Assembly: GCA_963726195.1 (NCBI GenBank) | Contig: CAVSBO010000016.1 | Span: forward strand, 1-64,000 | Source of the DNA: Candidatus Thorarchaeota archaeon | Lineage (GTDB): Archaea > Asgardarchaeota > Thorarchaeia > Thorarchaeales > Thorarchaeaceae | DNA length: 64,000 bases | Reading direction: 5' to 3' | In this document: positions 58,820 through 64,000 of the stretch, in pieces | Layout: every line of letters starts with the position of its first letter | Numbering within the stretch: position 1 is the stretch's first letter | The notes under the pieces: model-generated | What the model was told of the DNA's origin: nothing | What the model saw: only the letters and a program-made list of their open reading frames with translations | Database searches by the model: none | Translations under genes and position numbers: made by a program

Positions 58820-60119
58820 GACGCGCTTTCAGTTCTCTGCGTTCAAAAGTCCACTTCCACACGCGGTATGACACAAATGTGAGCATTCCCATAAGGGCTA
58901 GCCCTCCTAGCGTTTCCCAACCAGAAGTGAAATGACCCATGAAATCAGGAAGTGGACCACTTATGAAATACCACCAATTCACGGCTAATCCGTACGCGTA
59001 GAGCAGACCCACGACCGTCACTTCCTTCAAGTAACCGATAGCTTGCCTATCGTTTTCGAAAGAGAATATCGCGATGCCGAGCCAGAAGAGATACCACGGC
59101 ATAACCCAGCGATAGACGAATAGCAAGGAAGGAAGAAGGTACACATACAAGGGCACCAGGACCTTGATTTTCTCGAGCGTCGTCTTGCCCTTGAACTCGC
59201 TTCTCTTGGGAATGTAAAGACGAACTGTGTAGAGCATGAATGTGACGTAGATAATCAGCGGTATCAATGCCGGAGGCCATATGTAGTAGATCACCGGATT
59301 GTGTGTCAAGTCAGGAGTTCCGAAGTACAAGCCTGGATACATCGGATTTACGATATATGACGAGTAGGTTGCAGTGTTCAGGAAGTGGGATAACAGTGAG
59401 TCGAAATTGGCGCTTAGGAACAGAAACGGAATCACAGTGAAGAGCATGGACAGAAAGAACCAGATAGATGATATTGGCGAGTCTAGGAACAAAAGCGGAA
59501 AAGCCACTCCCGGGTATATCTTGGTCTGAACACCAAGACCAAGAGTGAACATCGCCTTTCCCATCTGACCCTCCCTCCATAGTACAAGCGCCATCAGCAT
59601 CAAGCAGTCAGCGAGGGGTTCGTTCTTGCCGCCCCCTGCAGACATCAAGAGACCGTAGACATAGTATCCGCCAAAGAACATCCGCGCCCAATTCTGGGTG
59701 TATATCTTGTCCTTGAGCAGAATCGCTATCAGGACGAGATTGAGGTTAAAGACAAGAACCAACAGGAAGTTCAGCCACCAATGCTGTAGTGCACTCTCTT
59801 GGCCGGGGAACAGCCAAGTCGCTATAGCAAAGAAAATCAGACTGAACACGGGGTACTCGTATGTGACGGAGCCAAGATAGGGAGGTAGTGTGTGTCTAGT
59901 GTCATTGAATACTGGCAGGGCATGAACGACCTGTGTGTCCGTCATGTTGTAGACTCCGAAGCCAAAAACCCAGAATGCCTCTCCGTACATTTCATTCCTG
60001 TTGCGATCGCGCTCGATTACAAAGGAGTCCGCTATCGGAATAGCAATTATCGATATGATTAGGCTTAGCACCAAGTACTTCCGCATCTCGTATATCTTGT
60101 AGGAGATGGCGCTAAGCAT
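58779..60119 (-). CDS. Multi-pass GT-C glycosyltransferase (GT87/PIG-M-like)
   Basis: YEYP, KNEP, TKIYP and PWY motifs; about 11 TM helices. Confidence 0.65.
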   Translation of the reverse strand: MLSAISYKIYEMRKYLVLSLIISIIAIPIADSFVIERDRNRNEMYGEAFWVFGFGVYNMTDTQVVHALPVFNDTRHTLPPYLGSVTYEYPVFSLIFFAIATWLFPGQESALQHWWLNFLLVLVFNLNLVLIAILLKDKIYTQNWARMFFGGYYVYGLLMSAGGGKNEPLADCLMLMALVLWREGQMGKAMFTLGLGVQTKIYPGVAFPLLFLDSPISSIWFFLSMLFTVIPFLFLSANFDSLLSHFLNTATYSSYIVNPMYPGLYFGTPDLTHNPVIYYIWPPALIPLIIYVTFMLYTVRLYIPKRSEFKGKTTLEKIKVLVPLYVYLLPSLLFVYRWVMPWYLFWLGIAIFSFENDRQAIGYLKEVTVVGLLYAYGLAVNWWYFISGPLPDFMGHFTSGWETLGGLALMGMLTFVSYRVWKWTFERRELKARLIHEAQDRGELVI

Positions 60120-60290
60120 TCTAGGAGACCGCCGTGATTCTTACTGCGAAAAAGCAACGTTAACGAACTCCGAGCTGAGGTTTTAATTAACCTTTTGTCG
60201 AACGTGAATCCCGAATCGGCAAACTAGGAAACTAGCAGGACTGGTGTCTCGATATTGGCCCTGATTCCTCGAACATAGAGGCAGCGAAGA

Positions 60291-62252
60291 CTACCCCAAG
60301 TACGTCGGGCATGGCCAACTGTCGCATTTCATGCAGTGAATGCACTTTGCCTCATCTACCGATATCTTGCTCTCCTGCAGGTTGAGTGCGGCCTGTTCAC
60401 ACTGCGGCACACACGAACCACAGGCCTGACAAAAGATGGCGCGTCGGATTGCGCGCTCCAGTTGCCTAGCTACTCGCCCAACCGTTTCTTCATTCTCGCC
60501 ACGCACGATTAGAGAACCTGAACTGAAGAGCGTTATACCAGTTTCATCCACCTTTGTCCTTAGAGCACCGATATCCTCAGAGAAGTGAGTGGTGCCAAAG
60601 ATTGGCAATACCTTTGAGACCCTGGCAAGGTCAACCCCTGCCGAGAACTGGCCCTCAAGACTGAAACCTGAAGATGTGCATGGAGAGACCCCTTTTACGA
60701 TGTGGAGCTCCAAGGCCTGCGATGGCGCTTCTCTATCAGATTCAATCTTCAGTCCCATCTCGTTGATCACATTCATCTGACCGCTTGGCAGTTTCTTCCA
60801 TCGCCAGAAGCCGAGCTTAGCCCATTCCTCTGGAAAGCCGTACCTCTTGGCCCACTCCCGGAGCTTCTCGTGCCACCTTTCGTAGAGAAGAGGATGTGTT
60901 TCCGCAAGGCTCTCAAGCTCAGCCAAGGGAGTAGCAGGACAGAGATAGCAGCCCATCCTGAGAAAACCTCTGTTGTAGAGCGGATTGAATTCCGCTTTCT
61001 CTTTGAAGATGTACAACCACACTTCGAGTGCATTCCAGTTGTGAATCGGGCTTGCAGAGACCTGCCCGGGAACCCAAGGGTTTGACGCTACTCTGGGCTC
61101 GACGGATCGCTGAAAGGATTCTAGTTTTCTCTGGCCCATAAGGACCAAGGCCTTGCCGCCCAGCTCTTCAGCTATCGACTTTGCTGCTGGACCAAGCTTG
61201 AGCACTTTGCAGCACCAGCGGAAGTCACGGGCAGGAGGGCCGAAGACTTCAACTGAGTCCCAGAACTGATTGCCAGCGTTGTGCCCGATAATTCTAACAC
61301 CGCGGCCCTTGGCAAACTCCTTCACATAGGATACTGTCTCAGGCAGTTCTAAGCCAGTGTCTGTGAAGAAGACTGGAGGGCTCTTGCTCAACGCCTTTTC
61401 TGAAAGCAAATAGGTTACGAGAGAATCCTTGCCCCCGCTGAATCCCACCACTACGCCAGCGTCGTGCTCCTCAGATGTACGCCGGATAAAGCCCATAGCT
61501 TCTGCTTCTATCGAGCGCAAGTCGTCAGAATTTGCTTTCACGGCGTAGTCCCAAGTAGCGTCTATGTTGTTTACGGATGCATCCTTAGGATCGTCAACCT
61601 CTCGCACCTTGACGGCATAGCCGGTCTTGGATTCTTTGATTTCCAATCCTGTCATCCGGGCTACTCCGACGCCTATCACATGCCCCCGTAAGTCTGTGAG
61701 CCAAACCTCGTCGCCAGCGGCAATGTCTGTGTCACAGTCACCGATACCGGGAACTAGTAGGTTCGAGCCCTTCTTGAGATACTCAAGAACACCATCTTGG
61801 CAAGAGACCCATTTCCGCCTGCTCAGTGAGCTAATCCTACGCCCCCCCTCAAGCGAAAGCACGAATGTGTAGTCACACTCAGGAATATCATATCTCAAAC
61901 GCCCTATTACATAGCCGTCAACGATGATTTCGTACATGGCATCCAGAGATGATACCTTGTTCATCACGATGGTCTTGGTGGGTGGCAACAGAGTTTCGCC
62001 AACGCCCTCACCAAACTGCTTGTCGACAGCGCTCTTTGCGCGTTTGAGATGCCCGTCCATCGCTGGGTACGGATCACCGGGTGGGGATAACCCAACAGGC
62101 CTTGGCGGGTCTCCACAAACAGTGCACTGTGTATTGGCAATTCTGGGGACATTGCATTTGTCACACCAATAGAATCTGATTCTTGTCAGGTACGGTGCGT
62201 GCCCACGGCGGAACTTCCTTCCTCGATTTGGTGCTCTTGCCAGTTGAATCAA
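60291..62252 (-). CDS. PAPS-reductase family protein with PUA and C-terminal 4Fe-4S domains
   Basis: FSGGKDS, RWCCKVLK, RMGCYLCP, CQACGSCVPQC and CIHCMKC motifs. Confidence 0.9.
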   Translation of the reverse strand: MIQLARAPNRGRKFRRGHAPYLTRIRFYWCDKCNVPRIANTQCTVCGDPPRPVGLSPPGDPYPAMDGHLKRAKSAVDKQFGEGVGETLLPPTKTIVMNKVSSLDAMYEIIVDGYVIGRLRYDIPECDYTFVLSLEGGRRISSLSRRKWVSCQDGVLEYLKKGSNLLVPGIGDCDTDIAAGDEVWLTDLRGHVIGVGVARMTGLEIKESKTGYAVKVREVDDPKDASVNNIDATWDYAVKANSDDLRSIEAEAMGFIRRTSEEHDAGVVVGFSGGKDSLVTYLLSEKALSKSPPVFFTDTGLELPETVSYVKEFAKGRGVRIIGHNAGNQFWDSVEVFGPPARDFRWCCKVLKLGPAAKSIAEELGGKALVLMGQRKLESFQRSVEPRVASNPWVPGQVSASPIHNWNALEVWLYIFKEKAEFNPLYNRGFLRMGCYLCPATPLAELESLAETHPLLYERWHEKLREWAKRYGFPEEWAKLGFWRWKKLPSGQMNVINEMGLKIESDREAPSQALELHIVKGVSPCTSSGFSLEGQFSAGVDLARVSKVLPIFGTTHFSEDIGALRTKVDETGITLFSSGSLIVRGENEETVGRVARQLERAIRRAIFCQACGSCVPQCEQAALNLQESKISVDEAKCIHCMKCDSWPCPTYLG

Positions 62253-62298
62253 TCCCCATCATGAGAGTTCTATTCATTCGTTGCTTGACTAGTTCAGT

Positions 62299-64000
62299 CT
62301 AGGCCTTGTCCAGACCAACACGTTTGAGCCGCTCCTTGGTTGGACGACCTTCTTTGTCCCAGCCCCGGAGAGAGTAGTACTTCGGCAACATTTCTTCCAA
62401 ATGTACCACCCGATTTCTTGAGCCTCCTTCGGGCAAAGGCTTGAAGAAACGCGTTGGCAACTGGTCATCTAGAGCAGTGAAACCTTCACGGTTATTGAAT
62501 AAACGCTCCAAATTCCAGATACGTTCTCCGATGTTGAGAAGGCCGGGACCGTTGATACGAAGCCCGCTGCAACTGCTCAACATTTCAGCGTAGTCATCCA
62601 CGCTCCAAGCGAAGCTTGTGAATCTGCAGAGCACCATCGAGTCCATTGCGGCAGACAGATTCTGAAATAGAATAACCAGACCGGGCTTGCCCTCCGTCCG
62701 ATCTCGATCTACGAGAACCGGTGCACCCATAATCTCAGGTCCGATTAGATATGATCTTAGGTGACAACCACCGCGATTGGAGGTTGCAGAACCAAGTGCA
62801 TGTCCCTGAACACCTCGAAGGTCATAGGCTGGCAACTCAAGACCTTTGACCTGCATAGCCAATTCGGGCGAACCATGGTTTGAGGCGAAGGCCCGAGACC
62901 CTTCACCCAACTCAGCTCCGAGTCCTCTACCGAATGCAATGTCATCGATGACTTCGAGTACTCCCTCGGTCTGACCGAACTTGAGTGAAGAATCCAGTTT
63001 GCCCTTCTGAGCTAATTCCATCGCACAGCCGATTGTGCTTCCAACAGATATTGTATCCAGACCTAGAAGATTGCAGCGGTTGTTTGCAGTGATAATCCAC
63101 TCAAGGTCGTTTATGCCACACTGGGGGCCAAGAGCCCACATGCTCTCATACTCCGGTCCTCCAACTTCCTCTCCACGAACTCGACTTATCCGCCCACAGC
63201 CAATGGGGCATCCGAAGCAGTGGTACTGGCGAACCGAGAATCGTTCTAGCAGCTTCTCTCCGGATACGCCCTCGGCGTCGTTAAAGGTACCCTCTTGGAA
63301 GTTGTATGTAGGGAGCATTCCATGCTCGTTGACCAGACTAACCAAGACCGGAGTTCCATAGATTGGTAATGATTTGTCCGTCACTTGGTTCTTCTTTATG
63401 AGTCGGCGGGCTCGCTCCACAGCACTACTCAGGGCCTGCTCATCACTGACAACAACCTTGCCTGTGCCTCGGACAACCACAGCTTTGAGATTCTTGGATC
63501 CCATGACAGCGCCGACGCCACCGCGTCCTGCAGCACGGTGTCGGTCAGTAATGATAGCGGGAAGTTTGACTTGATGCTCGCCTGCAGGGCCGATACATGC
63601 AACTTCCGCTTGCGAGTCGGTGTCCTGTAGGAGCTGACTGGTAGTCAGGCTAGTGTCCTTTCCCCAGACGCCAGAAGCATCACGTATCTCGACTCTGTCA
63701 TCGTTGACCCAGATATACGCGGGTGATTTTGAACGGCCCTCCAGCAGGATAGCGGCATATCCGGCGCGCCTCAAATGTGCGCCAAATGAACCGCCGGCAT
63801 TGGAATCAAATATCGTCCCGGTCAAGGGTGACTTCGTAATTACTGCAAAGCGGCCTGCTGTTGGCACACTCGTTGCGGTGACAGGTCCTATGGCGAACAC
63901 CAACAGATTGCTGGGTGACAATGGATCAACATGCGGTCCCAGACGATCGTACAGAATCTTGACACCTAAGCCACGACCCCCAAGAAACCCCGTGAATAGG
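62299..64000 (-). CDS. aor: Tungsten aldehyde:ferredoxin oxidoreductase (5' end beyond the window)
   Basis: GGRGLG, KSPLTG, GRGGVGAVMGSKNLKA, CFGCPIGC, PEYE and DTIS motifs. Confidence 0.94.
   Translation of the reverse strand, partial: LFTGFLGGRGLGVKILYDRLGPHVDPLSPSNLLVFAIGPVTATSVPTAGRFAVITKSPLTGTIFDSNAGGSFGAHLRRAGYAAILLEGRSKSPAYIWVNDDRVEIRDASGVWGKDTSLTTSQLLQDTDSQAEVACIGPAGEHQVKLPAIITDRHRAAGRGGVGAVMGSKNLKAVVVRGTGKVVVSDEQALSSAVERARRLIKKNQVTDKSLPIYGTPVLVSLVNEHGMLPTYNFQEGTFNDAEGVSGEKLLERFSVRQYHCFGCPIGCGRISRVRGEEVGGPEYESMWALGPQCGINDLEWIITANNRCNLLGLDTISVGSTIGCAMELAQKGKLDSSLKFGQTEGVLEVIDDIAFGRGLGAELGEGSRAFASNHGSPELAMQVKGLELPAYDLRGVQGHALGSATSNRGGCHLRSYLIGPEIMGAPVLVDRDRTEGKPGLVILFQNLSAAMDSMVLCRFTSFAWSVDDYAEMLSSCSGLRINGPGLLNIGERIWNLERLFNNREGFTALDDQLPTRFFKPLPEGGSRNRVVHLEEMLPKYYSLRGWDKEGRPTKERLKRVGLDKA

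Overview
Archaeal chromosomal segment, most likely from an Asgard archaeon (Thorarchaeia-like). This is inferred from a eukaryote-type topoisomerase IB, a ribophorin-I protein and the conserved gene order. Most of the window is housekeeping: nep1-rpp21-yhbY-rps19e-PDCD5-rpl39e-rpl31e-eIF6-rplX-pfdA-ftsY-argF; ftsZ-secE-spt5-rpl11-rpl1-P0-P1; glycine cleavage P; top6A/B-dim2-rio1-aIF1A-nmd3-aIF2beta-RPA-fen1; EF1beta-cdc48-ribL; and AOR. There are five tRNAs, four with introns; one of these introns sits at the unusual D-loop position 14/15. Three non-autonomous IS200/IS605 (tnpB-only) elements are present, and their ends and TAMs can be read from the sequence. The best candidate for an undescribed system lies at 21.7-29.5 kb. 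There, a 1708-aa protein with a PD-(D/E)xK nuclease domain and a degenerate RecA-like NTPase domain is transcribed divergently from an oversized (~700 aa) TnpB/Cas12-like RuvC nuclease with all three catalytic residues present. That nuclease has no CRISPR array and no IS605-type ends, and is followed by a pilin-like gene and tRNA-Arg. Several essential genes carry single-base indels, so the assembly probably contains long-read errors; frameshifts and fusions should be treated with caution.
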